From an uncultured candidate division Zixibacteria bacterium (GTDB lineage: Bacteria > Zixibacteria > MSB-5A5 > UBA10806): a stretch of 64,000 nucleotides of DNA. The DNA is taken from contig CAWDFP010000011.1 of NCBI GenBank assembly GCA_963801605.1, forward strand, positions 1 to 64,000. The letters run 5' to 3'. Of the stretch, positions 1 through 9,945 are shown one piece after another. The notes under the pieces were generated by a model. The model saw only the letters and a program-made list of their open reading frames with translations. It was not told where the DNA came from and made no database searches. A program made the position numbers and the translations under genes. Positions within the stretch are counted from its first letter, which is position 1; each line of letters starts with the position of its first letter.

Positions 1-2
1 TG

Positions 3-314
3 GAATCCGAATTCTATATCGCCAAACTCAATGAACAAGGTATTTCAGTACTGGTACCTGAAAAAGAAGATAGGGATTTTATTCATTATACAATTATCAG
101 CGAGCTTTTGAAAAATATTATTCTGGACAAATCCCGAAATCGCTTTCTTGACATTATAGATGGCCTGACGAAAAAGGGCGCCGAGGGCATAATTCTTGGA
201 TGTACTGAAATTCCGCTTCTTGTTAAACCCGAAAATACTAATATAACGCTATTCAATACGCTTCAGATACATGCCGGCGCTGCAGCCGATTTTGCTTTCG
301 GTGCTGACGACTGA
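3..314 (+). CDS. Aspartate/glutamate racemase family protein (YgeA/RacX-like), 5'-truncated by window edge
   Basis: Frame is open from base 3 (ESEFYIAKLNEQGISVLVP...). C-terminal GAEGIILGCTEIPLL is the second catalytic-Cys motif of the family. Confidence 0.85.
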   Translation, partial: ESEFYIAKLNEQGISVLVPEKEDRDFIHYTIISELLKNIILDKSRNRFLDIIDGLTKKGAEGIILGCTEIPLLVKPENTNITLFNTLQIHAGAAADFAFGADD

Positions 315-421
315 TTTATTTGCCTGCTCGATATTTATGGAAAATTCGGGGGGGGATAAAACTTCTTATTTCCGATACTGCTGTCTAATTCGCGGTCTTA
401 AGTTGGGCTAAGCCCAATCGT

Positions 422-622
422 TCAGCTCTGATTTGCCTTTATAACAGCCATATATTCCTGGCTATACTGCTTGATTTTTTGTAGAATTTCAGCGCGTCGC
501 TTTTCCGATCGGCTATCCTCATGTGCTTTCTCGCTGGCCTTTTTCGTTCCTTTTTTGTTCGAGGCATCATACTCGCGCCGCAATTCCCTAATATCGCTCT
601 GGATTTCATCCTGGGTACGCAT
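422..622 (-). CDS. Small charged helical hypothetical protein (66 aa)
   Basis: AAGGAG RBS 4 nt before ATG; K/E/R-rich amphipathic sequence. Confidence 0.6.
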   Translation of the reverse strand: MRTQDEIQSDIRELRREYDASNKKGTKKASEKAHEDSRSEKRRAEILQKIKQYSQEYMAVIKANQS

Positions 623-1149
623 GTTGCTCCTTGGTTTTTTTATCTTAACATTACATTATAACACAATTCGGCCAATTATCCTATAGATATCTAAGCCGAT
701 CTCCGTATTCCCCCTCTGCCTTTGTACGTGGTTTCTGATAGCTTTGGTTAATTTTGCCACAATTATCTTTACTATTTTATATAAGTATTACAACCTGATT
801 AAAATAAATTGATTTAATTCCTATATTCATAATCACCCTGGGAACATCTCTGTCAATTTGGTTGTTGTCGGTTATAACGGATGCTCGGGTTAAACATCAC
901 TAATTAACCCCATTTTTAAAACCAAAGATTTAGTATTGATATTAAAAGATCTTTTTTATCAAATTAATAGAGAAGAGCCGATGGGATTACGAGCGTTTTC
1001 CCTCAAAATTCCTTTTATGGCTGCAAGCATCGAGCTTTATTAACTGTATGATTTTAAAACCGATTAGCCAAATTCAATTGCGATCCTAAAAAATATGATC
1101 AGCGGCAAGTTTCGATTAATAATATAAACCTGTTTCAGGGGAGAGGATT

Positions 1150-2898
1150 ATGAGAAAATTGTTACACCTGTCATTTCTTGTGACGTTACTGTCCGCCTCA
1201 TCCTTATTGGCTCAACAGCATATCATCATTGGATGGAATGATCTGGGTATGCACTGCGCTAATAAGGATTTTTCAACTTTCGTAGTGCTGCCGCCTTTTA
1301 ACAATGTCCATGCCCAGGCGATTCAGGTGGGAGATTCTCTCCATCTCCCGCAGGTGCTGACGACAAACCTGCATGTTACCTATGAAATCCCGGGAAATAC
1401 TTATTCGATAGGCAAGACTAACTTCTGGGATTATGATGTGCCTCTTTTCGGAGTCAATCTTCCGGATAATATCGGGTTGACCGGAAACGGCTTAACCGGA
1501 ACAATGACCCCGGTCGATAATAATTTTGTGGTTACCGGCATACCTATTACCCCCTTTACCGATGCTGATTTAGTTAATGAAGATCCTTTTCAATTGGGTT
1601 TGCTTAAGCTGTATGACCAGTCGGATTCGCTTCTGGCGACTGCCCAGCCGGTGATCCCGGTTTCCAATGAAATTAATTGCGTTAGCTCCGGATGTCACTC
1701 CAGCGCCCAGAGTATACTGAATGATCATGCCGAAGATGCCGGATTCGATCCCAATAATACTCCTATATTATGTGCCAGCTGCCACTCCTCTAATGCCTTG
1801 GGCACCCCCGGCCTGCCGGGATTACCGTCTTTATCTCAAGCTGTCCACGAACATCACGGCGAAATAACCAACGACTGCTACAAATGCCATCCTGGTCCCA
1901 ACACCCGCTGCCTTCGCGATATCATGAGCACTCAGCACGGCATGGTCTGCCAGGATTGTCATGGTAGTGTCAGCAATGTGGGGCAGAGCATCGCCAGCGG
2001 CCGTATTCCCTGGCTTCAGGAACCATCCTGTGGTGCCACCCAGTGTCACGGAGCGCGTTTCGCCGAGGAACCCGGCAAGCTTTTCCGGCAGTCTAAAGGG
2101 CATGGCGGCCTATTCTGCAGCGCCTGCCACGGAGAACCTCATGCCATCGTAACCAGCCGCGTTGCGCGAGATAATGTTGAAAATATCGCTTTGCAGGGTT
2201 ACGCCGGCACTCTCAACAGATGCTCCGTATGTCACGGTATCACACCAGCCGGCCCCGGCCCGCATGAATTGAGTGGCGACCGTCCACCGGCACTGGCCAA
2301 TATTCCGCCTCAGACTGTGCCGGCAGGAAGTCATCTTGCTGTCAGGGTATCCGCCTTAGACCCCAACGGCGATCCGATTACATTGTTAGCGGAATTATTG
2401 CCTCTCCATGCCGACTTTGTCGATTCAACCGGCGGAATTGGAGGATTGACTTTCAATCCCGATTCGACCCAAATCGGACCATATCAGGTACGGATTATCG
2501 CCCGATCAACCAATCTGGCAGATACCCAGATGGTCAGTATTACTGTTACCGGTCAGGGCGGTGGATGTTTCTACGTAACCGGTGATGCCAACAACTCCAG
2601 TGTGCTGAACGGCCTCGATGTTACCTACGGTGTTACCTATTTTAAGGGCGGCCCGCTTCCTCCATACACCTGCGATTGTGCGCCTCACGGCAGTTGGTTT
2701 GTTGCCGGGGATGTCAACGGCTCTTGTTCCTACAACGGATTGGATATCACCTATGCCGTCAGCTATTTCAAGGGAGGGCCGATTCCTTATCCCTGTCCCG
2801 ATTGTCCGCCATCGGGTTTGGCTCCTTTGGTTCGCGGAATAACGCCGGAAAATAATCTTATTTCAATTTCGGGAATTAAGGAAGAAAATCGAAAATAG
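1150..2898 (+). CDS. Secreted multiheme c-type cytochrome with Ig/cadherin-like and C-terminal dockerin-like domains
   Basis: Signal peptide; GWNDLGMHC N-terminal motif; 5 CxxCH (CASCH, CYKCH, CQDCH, CSACH, CSVCH) plus 2 Cx4CH (CVSSGCH, CGATQCH); 'SALDPNGDPITL' Ig-like module; duplicated GDxNxS..NGLDxTY..YFKGG repeat. Confidence 0.88.
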   Translation: MRKLLHLSFLVTLLSASSLLAQQHIIIGWNDLGMHCANKDFSTFVVLPPFNNVHAQAIQVGDSLHLPQVLTTNLHVTYEIPGNTYSIGKTNFWDYDVPLFGVNLPDNIGLTGNGLTGTMTPVDNNFVVTGIPITPFTDADLVNEDPFQLGLLKLYDQSDSLLATAQPVIPVSNEINCVSSGCHSSAQSILNDHAEDAGFDPNNTPILCASCHSSNALGTPGLPGLPSLSQAVHEHHGEITNDCYKCHPGPNTRCLRDIMSTQHGMVCQDCHGSVSNVGQSIASGRIPWLQEPSCGATQCHGARFAEEPGKLFRQSKGHGGLFCSACHGEPHAIVTSRVARDNVENIALQGYAGTLNRCSVCHGITPAGPGPHELSGDRPPALANIPPQTVPAGSHLAVRVSALDPNGDPITLLAELLPLHADFVDSTGGIGGLTFNPDSTQIGPYQVRIIARSTNLADTQMVSITVTGQGGGCFYVTGDANNSSVLNGLDVTYGVTYFKGGPLPPYTCDCAPHGSWFVAGDVNGSCSYNGLDITYAVSYFKGGPIPYPCPDCPPSGLAPLVRGITPENNLISISGIKEENRK

Positions 2899-2925
2899 AC
2901 TTATCTTAATACTGCTAAATTCAAT

Positions 2926-2948
2926 AAGGGCGGTCTTTGACCGCCCTT
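2926..2948 (+). terminator. Intrinsic terminator
   Basis: aagggcggtc-ttt-gaccgccctt followed by a T-rich tract. Confidence 0.75.
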
Positions 2949-3103
2949 TATTTTATTTCGAAAATAAATCGAGCCATCGATTATTTTGATATTAATAATG
3001 ATATTTCAGAAACAATTAGACGTTGTTTGGCTGTTTATATCCCAATGCTTACGGATAGGACTCGTGGCTCTTTGATATTCACCCTTACATTTATGGAGGA
3101 GTT

Positions 3104-3571
3104 TTGAAAAGGATCATATTGATAATGTTAACGCTCTGCTTTGTCTCCGCCGTTTCAGTCGCCTATGCCCAAAAGAATCAGGCAACCCCTGATTTCGCGT
3201 GGGCCAACGGTTTCGTTTATAGCGCCCAGTATTCCCCCAATTACGAACCGGGAACGGGCGCTCGCAACACCCTTTATGTGTTTGACGGCCTCAAAGGCCA
3301 ACGGCCGGTGGCCGAAGCCGGCCCGGGTAGTCCCAATTACGAGAATGGACGATGGCAGGTTGTCATCGTGGAATTTACGCCTCTTGGGATAGAAGCCTTC
3401 GATATTAATGGTGACGGTTATTCCGAATTTGAGATCACCAGTTGGGAAATGGCTCAACACTATATGAATGCTCACAAATTTCTGAAGGTGGTTCGTCAAG
3501 GCTCTACGTTCGATGCTGCCCTGGTTCGCCCTAAAGGATTGGAGCCGCCCGATAGCCAAACCTCAAAATAG
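3104..3571 (+). CDS. Secreted hypothetical protein
   Basis: GGAGGAG RBS, TTG start, signal peptide ending AYA; DINGDG Ca-loop-like motif. Confidence 0.7.
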   Translation: MKRIILIMLTLCFVSAVSVAYAQKNQATPDFAWANGFVYSAQYSPNYEPGTGARNTLYVFDGLKGQRPVAEAGPGSPNYENGRWQVVIVEFTPLGIEAFDINGDGYSEFEITSWEMAQHYMNAHKFLKVVRQGSTFDAALVRPKGLEPPDSQTSK

Positions 3572-3593
3572 AAATTCATATATTTTAGTATTG

Positions 3594-3624
3594 TGGCCGG
3601 AGAATATAGCCAAATCTCCGGCCA
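3594..3624 (+). terminator. Probable intrinsic terminator
   Basis: 10-bp stem tggccggaga/tctccggcca with AT-rich tail. Confidence 0.55.
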
Positions 3625-3732
3625 TTATTATTTATTCCCGAAATTATCTTGTGTCTGCGCCTCGATAAATATAATTTGTTGCTGCCAATATTAAATTAAG
3701 GGAGCATCGCTGGATTAGAGGGAGGATAGATT

Positions 3733-5094
3733 ATGGAAGCGTTCCGCTATCATGTATATATTTGCGAGCAGAAAAAGCCCGAGGGCGTCCCCGGATGCCA
3801 CGCCAGGGGAGCCGCCAAAGTCATCGAGACCTTAAGACACGAGGTCATTTCAAAAGGGCTTGCCGATCAGGTCCAGATTACTGCCTGTGGTTCTCTTGGC
3901 CTCTGTGAGCGCGGTCCCAATATGGTGGTTTATCCTGACGGCATCTGGTACTCTGGATTGACTCCTGAGCTTATTACGGAAATAGTTGAACAGCATTTCC
4001 GTCAGGGCCAGCCCGTCAAACGCCTGATAAATACCGACGTTAGCGCCTTAAAAACGGAAATCGAATCCAACCGTAATAAGATGATCTCTAATATGAAAGC
4101 CAGGGATGATGCCGGCGTTCTTCCCGACGATCTAACGCAGACCATCCAGGGATTCCGCGTCAGCCGCATAATCCTGACCGCGATCGAACTCGATATCTTC
4201 TCTGCGATCGGTGATGGCGCCTCCGCCGAAAATGTCGCCATGAAGCTTGGCCTTGATGTCAGGGCTGCCGAAATGCTTCTAAACGCTCTCTCCGCAATTG
4301 AACTTTTAGATAAACGTAACCGCGTTTTTTATAACACCTCGCTATCCTCCAGCTATTTTGTTGCCGGAGGCAAATATGATTCCCGGGCCAGCCTGATGCA
4401 TATTGTCAATCTCTGGGATAGGTGGTCCACCTTGACTGCCTGTGTTAAAAAGGGTACATCGGTTACATACCGGGAACAGGTTTTGCGGCCAACATCCTAT
4501 ACCGAGGCTTTCATCGCCGCCATGCATAAAAACGCATCTTTTAGGGCGCCTCAGGTGGCTCGAACCATTAATATCGAAAATGTTAAGCGGGTGCTTGATG
4601 TTGGCGGCGGGTCGGGGGCTTATTCAATCGCTTTTGCCCGTATTAATAAGGAACTTGTCGCTGATGTTTTCGATCTACCCACCGTCGTTCCCTTGACTGA
4701 TAATTATATTAATAACGAGGGTCTCCATGACCGTGTTAAAACTCGGGTGGGGGATATGCGAACGGATGATCTCGGAACGGGTTACGATCTGGTCTTTATA
4801 TCGGCAATCTGCCACATGAATAGTCCCGAGGAAAATATCAGGCTTTTCGAAAAATCATTCCAGGCGCTAATTCCCGGGGGACGGATCGTTATGCAGGATT
4901 TTGTCTTGAGCACCGATAAAACATCGCCCCAGAGCGGCGCGCTGTTTGCCATAAATATGCTGGTGGGTACGAAGTCTGGTTCATCCTATAGTGAGGAGGA
5001 GTATCGGCAATGGCTCCATAAAGCCCATTTTTCCGGTATTCGAAAAATTTCGCTTCCGGGCCCGACCGCGCTTATGGTGGCCGAACGGACTTAA
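3733..5094 (+). CDS. Thioredoxin-like [2Fe-2S] ferredoxin fused to class II O-methyltransferase
   Basis: N-terminal HVYIC..GC...CGSLGLCERGPNMVVYPDGIWY; dimerisation domain; LDVGGGSG SAM-binding motif. Confidence 0.85.
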   Translation: MEAFRYHVYICEQKKPEGVPGCHARGAAKVIETLRHEVISKGLADQVQITACGSLGLCERGPNMVVYPDGIWYSGLTPELITEIVEQHFRQGQPVKRLINTDVSALKTEIESNRNKMISNMKARDDAGVLPDDLTQTIQGFRVSRIILTAIELDIFSAIGDGASAENVAMKLGLDVRAAEMLLNALSAIELLDKRNRVFYNTSLSSSYFVAGGKYDSRASLMHIVNLWDRWSTLTACVKKGTSVTYREQVLRPTSYTEAFIAAMHKNASFRAPQVARTINIENVKRVLDVGGGSGAYSIAFARINKELVADVFDLPTVVPLTDNYINNEGLHDRVKTRVGDMRTDDLGTGYDLVFISAICHMNSPEENIRLFEKSFQALIPGGRIVMQDFVLSTDKTSPQSGALFAINMLVGTKSGSSYSEEEYRQWLHKAHFSGIRKISLPGPTALMVAERT

Positions 5095-5168
5095 GTTAAC
5101 CAATTATTTTGAAAGTAATTTTCAAAAAGATTGGAACCATTAAAACTGATTTTTGGTAATATTACTTC

Positions 5169-5255
5169 GGGGGCGGTAAGGTTCGTTAAAGCCGAATCCG
5201 GGCTGATTCAGCCCGAGAACCGGAGTTAACGGCTAAATATCCGCCTCTTCTTTTT
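5169..5255 (+). ncRNA. Candidate small structured RNA (unassigned)
   Basis: Nested stems 5169-76/5241-48, 5183-89/5226-32, 5199-5205/5209-15; U-tract after; ECF-like promoter immediately upstream. Confidence 0.35.
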
Positions 5256-5378
5256 GGCCGGAAAACTTTCTACTCTTTATTTATCCATATTATTATAAGA
5301 TACTTATTGTCTGAAACCGCCTCAAACTGTAAATTGATAGCTTGAATAATTTCATAAGCGTTTATTAAAGGGGATGTT

Positions 5379-7514
5379 ATGTCAAACAAGAGTCGAAATT
5401 CCAAATTGATTACAGCCTCGGTTGCGGCCGGCTTTATGATCTTTGCTTTTCAAGTTTGCCTGGCGGCCGATAATCCTCTACCGCCGGTCGCCAAAATAAT
5501 TCCGCGCGTCGATACTCTATTCGGCGATATCCGCGTGGATAATTATTTCTGGCTCAGAAACAAGTCCGATTCATCCGTTATTAATTTTATCAAAGCCGAA
5601 AACTCTTACACCCGGCAAAAAACCGCCCATCTCAAAGGATTAGAGGATAATCTCTACAACGAAATGGTAGCGCGCCTGAAAGAGACCGATACCACTGCCG
5701 CTCAGAGAATCAACGATTATTTGTACTATTCTCGCACCGAAAAAGGCAAGCAGTATCCGATCTCCTGCCGCAAAAAGGGTAGCCTCTTAGCGCCCGAAGA
5801 GGTCATGCTCGACATCAATGCCCTGGCCGCCAATCAAAGCTATCTGAATATGGGAGCCATGAAATTAAGCCCCGATCAAAAATATCTGGCCTTTGCCGCC
5901 GATACCTCCGGCTCCGAAACCTACACCATCAGAGTCAAAGATCTTCAGACCGGGCAAATTCTGACGGATCGTATCGAGGCCACCGGCGCGGAAATTGAAT
6001 GGGCCAACGATAATAAAACCTTGTTCTACGAAACTCAGGACGCTACCCTGCGCTCCTACCGGCTTTACCGCCATCAGCTCGGATCGAAATCCTCGGATGA
6101 TAGCTTACTATTTCAGGAAAATGACGAGGCTTATTATCTGAGCATATCCAAAACCAGAAGCAAAAAGTATCTGATCCTCAACCTTGAAAGCAACACCACC
6201 AACGAAAATTGGTATCTTGATGCCGACAATCCAACCGGCAAATTCCTGGTTATGGTTCCTCGCGCTCATGAGGTAAAATACTACGTAGATCACAGCGGCG
6301 ATAAGTTCTATATCATGACCGACGAAAATGCCAAGAATTTCAAAGTTATGGATGTTTCTACGGCGAACCCTGCCAAAGCCAATTGGCATGAGTTCATCGC
6401 CCACAACGATTCCGTCAAGATTGAGGCTATCGATGCCTTCAAGAGCTATCTGGCGGTTTATGAGCGCTCCGGTGGGCTCCAGAAAATCAAGATCATTAAT
6501 CTTGATTCCGGAAACGTGCATTATATCGATTTCCCCGATCCCGCTTATGCCATCTACCAGACTCAAAATCCGGTTTATGATACTCCCGTGATTCGTTTCC
6601 GCTATAGCTCCCTGGTTACTCCCTATTCGGTTTATGATTATGATATGGCGGCCCAAAAGTTGACACTTGTCAAGCGCAATGAGGTCAGGGGATATGATCC
6701 CGCCAATTACAAAATGGAACGTGTTTTTGCCAGGGCATCTGATGGTATCCTGGTGCCGATTGCGCTGGTCTATAAAAAAGACCTGTTCCGCGGCGATGGC
6801 GCCAATCCGCTTTATTTGGAGGGTTATGGCGCTTATGGCATTTCCAGCGACGCCGAATTTTCGTCATCGCGCATTTCTCTTCTCGATAGAGGCTTTGTTT
6901 ACGCTCTCGCCCAGGTTCGCGGTGGAAGCGAGATGGGACGATGGTGGTACGATCAGGGAAAACTTCTATATAAGAAAAATACTTTCACCGATTTCATTTC
7001 CTGCGCCGAATATCTCATCGCTCAGAAATATACTTCCAAAGATAAGCTGGCAATCACCGGTGGCAGCGCCGGAGGGTTATTGATTGGGGCCGTTACCAAT
7101 ATGCGTCCCGATCTTTTTAAGGTTGTGATAGCCCAGGTGCCGTTTGTGGATATCCTGAATACCATGCTCGATCCCTCGATTCCTTTGACTGTCACCGAAT
7201 ATGAGGAATGGGGCAATCCCCACGACAGCACCTATTACTTCTATATGAAAAGTTACTCGCCCTATGACAATGTCGAACGTAAAGCCTATCCCGCCATGCT
7301 GATTACCGGCGGCCTTAACGATCCCCGAGTTGGCTACTGGGAACCAACCAAATGGGCCTCCAAGCTGCGTGCTCTTAAAACCGATTCAAATGATCTCTTT
7401 CTCAAAATCAACATGGGCGAGGGCCACTTCGGAGTTTCCGGCCGTTATGCCGAACTTAAAGATGTCGCCTTCGATTACGCTTTCTGTCTGAGTGAGCTGG
7501 GAATAACTAAGTAG
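5379..7514 (+). CDS. ptrB: Oligopeptidase B (S9A), with signal peptide
   Basis: DNYFWLR N-terminus, GYGAYG, VRGGSEMG, GGSAGG nucleophile, EYEEWGNP, DPRV, GH. Confidence 0.93.
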   Translation: MSNKSRNSKLITASVAAGFMIFAFQVCLAADNPLPPVAKIIPRVDTLFGDIRVDNYFWLRNKSDSSVINFIKAENSYTRQKTAHLKGLEDNLYNEMVARLKETDTTAAQRINDYLYYSRTEKGKQYPISCRKKGSLLAPEEVMLDINALAANQSYLNMGAMKLSPDQKYLAFAADTSGSETYTIRVKDLQTGQILTDRIEATGAEIEWANDNKTLFYETQDATLRSYRLYRHQLGSKSSDDSLLFQENDEAYYLSISKTRSKKYLILNLESNTTNENWYLDADNPTGKFLVMVPRAHEVKYYVDHSGDKFYIMTDENAKNFKVMDVSTANPAKANWHEFIAHNDSVKIEAIDAFKSYLAVYERSGGLQKIKIINLDSGNVHYIDFPDPAYAIYQTQNPVYDTPVIRFRYSSLVTPYSVYDYDMAAQKLTLVKRNEVRGYDPANYKMERVFARASDGILVPIALVYKKDLFRGDGANPLYLEGYGAYGISSDAEFSSSRISLLDRGFVYALAQVRGGSEMGRWWYDQGKLLYKKNTFTDFISCAEYLIAQKYTSKDKLAITGGSAGGLLIGAVTNMRPDLFKVVIAQVPFVDILNTMLDPSIPLTVTEYEEWGNPHDSTYYFYMKSYSPYDNVERKAYPAMLITGGLNDPRVGYWEPTKWASKLRALKTDSNDLFLKINMGEGHFGVSGRYAELKDVAFDYAFCLSELGITK

Positions 7515-7533
7515 AAATATACGCAAATATTCG

Positions 7534-7560
7534 AGGGAGCTTATTTTAAGCTCCCTTTTT
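7534..7560 (+). terminator. Intrinsic terminator
   Basis: agggagctta-ttt-taagctccct plus T-run. Confidence 0.75.
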
Positions 7561-8223
7561 TATTTGTTTTTCGATTGGTAATTTTCGGTATCGTAAATAA
7601 TTGCTAACACCATTGTGGCCGGGGTTAGTGTTGCCGATTGAAAAACGTCGAAATCTGCCTGCGATTGCCCGAGTTTCAGGATACCGTAGGTCTTTTTCCA
7701 TTTATCTATTAAGTCAGGATTTATTGCGCTCTGCCCGGTTCTTTTGGCGTTCTTCAACCTTTGCCATATTCTTATCAGGTCAATTCCGGTAATTCGCCAG
7801 CCCGATTTCGGTTAGCTGCAGGCTCACCGATGTTGTACAAACCACCGAGTAGTTTTTCAGATCTAAAATCAGCGACACGTCCCCTTTCTGCCCAATTATA
7901 TGAGGATTAATCAATCTCTTGAATCTGTTGGCATCCGGAATTTGCTCTGTTTCGATGAAATAGCGAATTCTCTCATCGAGCATGTTTGTATATGAGGATT
8001 GCCCCGCCCAGCCCATCGGGTTTTCTCGTTCCTGAAGTTCGATATATGACCTGATCAATCCCTGAGTATTCACATAGCGGCTGAATTTCGAGTAATCATG
8101 AAAGTTGGCGGCATTAATAGCGCTATCGAACGTTTTTATAATCGGCGACGAATTAAATCCTGTAGCGCAGATAACTATCACCGCAATTAATATAATTATC
8201 GCCGCTAATAAAATGTATCGCAT
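7560..8223 (-). CDS. Membrane-anchored hypothetical protein, split by a +1 frameshift near 7802
   Basis: Removing one G in atcggg joins ORF 7780-8223 to ORF 7560-7757 via IGWRITGIDLIRIWQRLKNAK; N-terminal TM helix. Confidence 0.55.
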
Positions 8224-8308
8224 TTATTATTCCTCGATGAAGACAATCTATCTACAATTACCTGCACTATCTCAACAAACTTGTCATTCAAAAACAGCTT
8301 TCGCTTGT

Positions 8309-9085
8309 TTACCTGTCTCCGGTTCTCATACTTTTCCAAAAAGCCTCGCGATCGGTGCCGTAACGCTTTGCTATTTCCGCCAATGCCGGATTCGTATAAA
8401 GCTCGGGCTGCGGATTTTCGATAAGTGAGACAATGGCCGCGGCCGCCTCATCTGCCGTTTGCGGTTTCATGACGCCCTTTATTGGGGCACCCGATGGCAT
8501 ACCTCCCAAAGCGTTTTTGGAAAAATCGGTCGACACCACACCCGGCATTACCAGCGATATCATTATTTCGGGATATTGTTCCAGGTCCATCCGAAGATTG
8601 GTAGTCAGCGAATTGAGCGCCGCTTTGGAGGCGCTATAAATTGACCGGAATGGCACAAACGGCACCCTGCCTAAAAACGATGATATATTTATCAGGTGTC
8701 CCTTCTTTTGCTCCATAAAATAAGGGACAATGGTTTGCATTCCGTATAGGGCCGACTTAAGATTGACAGCCACCATCTCATCAAAGTCCTCATCGGTCAG
8801 CTCCAGCACTCTCTTGGATATCCCTCGTCCGGCGTTGTTTATCCAAACATCGATATGCCCGAAATGGTCCAGCGTGGCTGTCTTTAATCGCTCGATATCG
8901 GCCCTTTGTTTAACGTCGCAAAGGACGGTAATGGTGTTCCCGCCGGCCATACCTGCCACCTGTTTTAGCTCCGGCTCTCGGCGAGCCGCCAATGACAGCC
9001 CATAATCTTTTGCGCCCAATTGAACGGCCAATGCTGCACCGATACCACTGCTGGCTCCGGTTATGACGACAACGTTATTATTCAT
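8309..9085 (-). CDS. SDR family oxidoreductase
   Basis: TGASSGIG, NNAG and YSASK motifs. Confidence 0.93.
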   Translation of the reverse strand: MNNNVVVITGASSGIGAALAVQLGAKDYGLSLAARREPELKQVAGMAGGNTITVLCDVKQRADIERLKTATLDHFGHIDVWINNAGRGISKRVLELTDEDFDEMVAVNLKSALYGMQTIVPYFMEQKKGHLINISSFLGRVPFVPFRSIYSASKAALNSLTTNLRMDLEQYPEIMISLVMPGVVSTDFSKNALGGMPSGAPIKGVMKPQTADEAAAAIVSLIENPQPELYTNPALAEIAKRYGTDREAFWKSMRTGDR

Positions 9086-9280
9086 TTATCCCTCCGTCAC
9101 ACGGGCATTTTCGAATTTCTCTAACTTGAAAATTATTAGTGTCTTAGCTTGAGAATCAAAATAGTGGGGAATATGTTCCCCTGCAAGTTCAAAGCTTCTT
9201 CACCCGGTTTTTTCTTGATATTTTATTAATCTTTATTATAATTAGTATTATTAATAAGCCGGGCATTTCGCATTTCGAAT

Positions 9281-9890
9281 ATGCCTTTAATTTTGCCTCG
9301 TCTGAACGGAAAAGATCGTTACGGAAAATAGAATCGAAATCTTTCAATACTGCTGGGAATTTCATTCCAATTCCGGCGAAATTCAGGATAGTTGCCGGGA
9401 ATGTATCGTTTACCGCACCCGAAGCAAACGCTGCTATGAGATGACCGTTCTACCGGTCAGGGATGAGCGCTCTCATGGTTACTGCCACGGCGCCTGTCAT
9501 GAGTGCGATTACTATCTCAAGGTCCACGGGCAACGGCCCAATGTCCTGGCGGTAACAAGCAACTGCAGTTTGAAAACATCGATAAAAAAATCTGTTGAGG
9601 ATGTTGGAATCAATTATAAGGCCACCGATTGCGAATATCGCTGTTCAATGCTCATCGATAGATTCCGTCCCGATTATGCCATTATTGATACCGCTATGGG
9701 AGTTGAAAAAAGCCGCGATTTTATTGAGCTCTTATACGCCGATCCCCGGTTGCCCCTGGTTCGCATCATGCTTATAGGCGAAAAGCGCGAAATGCCTCTA
9801 AGATGCGATAAGATGATTTTCGCTATTATCGATAAGCATTTTAACGGCCACCACCTATTGAACCTTATCAATAGCTCGTTGGGAATTTAA
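9281..9890 (+). CDS. Cys-rich (CW-type) domain plus degenerate receiver-like domain; 5' part frameshifted
   Basis: Frame of ORF 9441 is open back to 9306 (YCWEFH..SCRECIVYRTRSKRCYEM..CHGACHEC). ATG 9281 joins it by deleting one A near 9310. Confidence 0.6.
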
Positions 9891-9945
9891 CTTAGCCCCG
9901 CAAAACTCTTGTTAAATGCGACTTTAATTTTATAAAGCCCGATTA

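Noticed and set aside
960..1140. c-di-GMP riboswitch upstream of the cytochrome
   Set aside because: Only a weak CCTAA...TATG resemblance; the GGCAAA/GCAAA core and P2 stem are missing.
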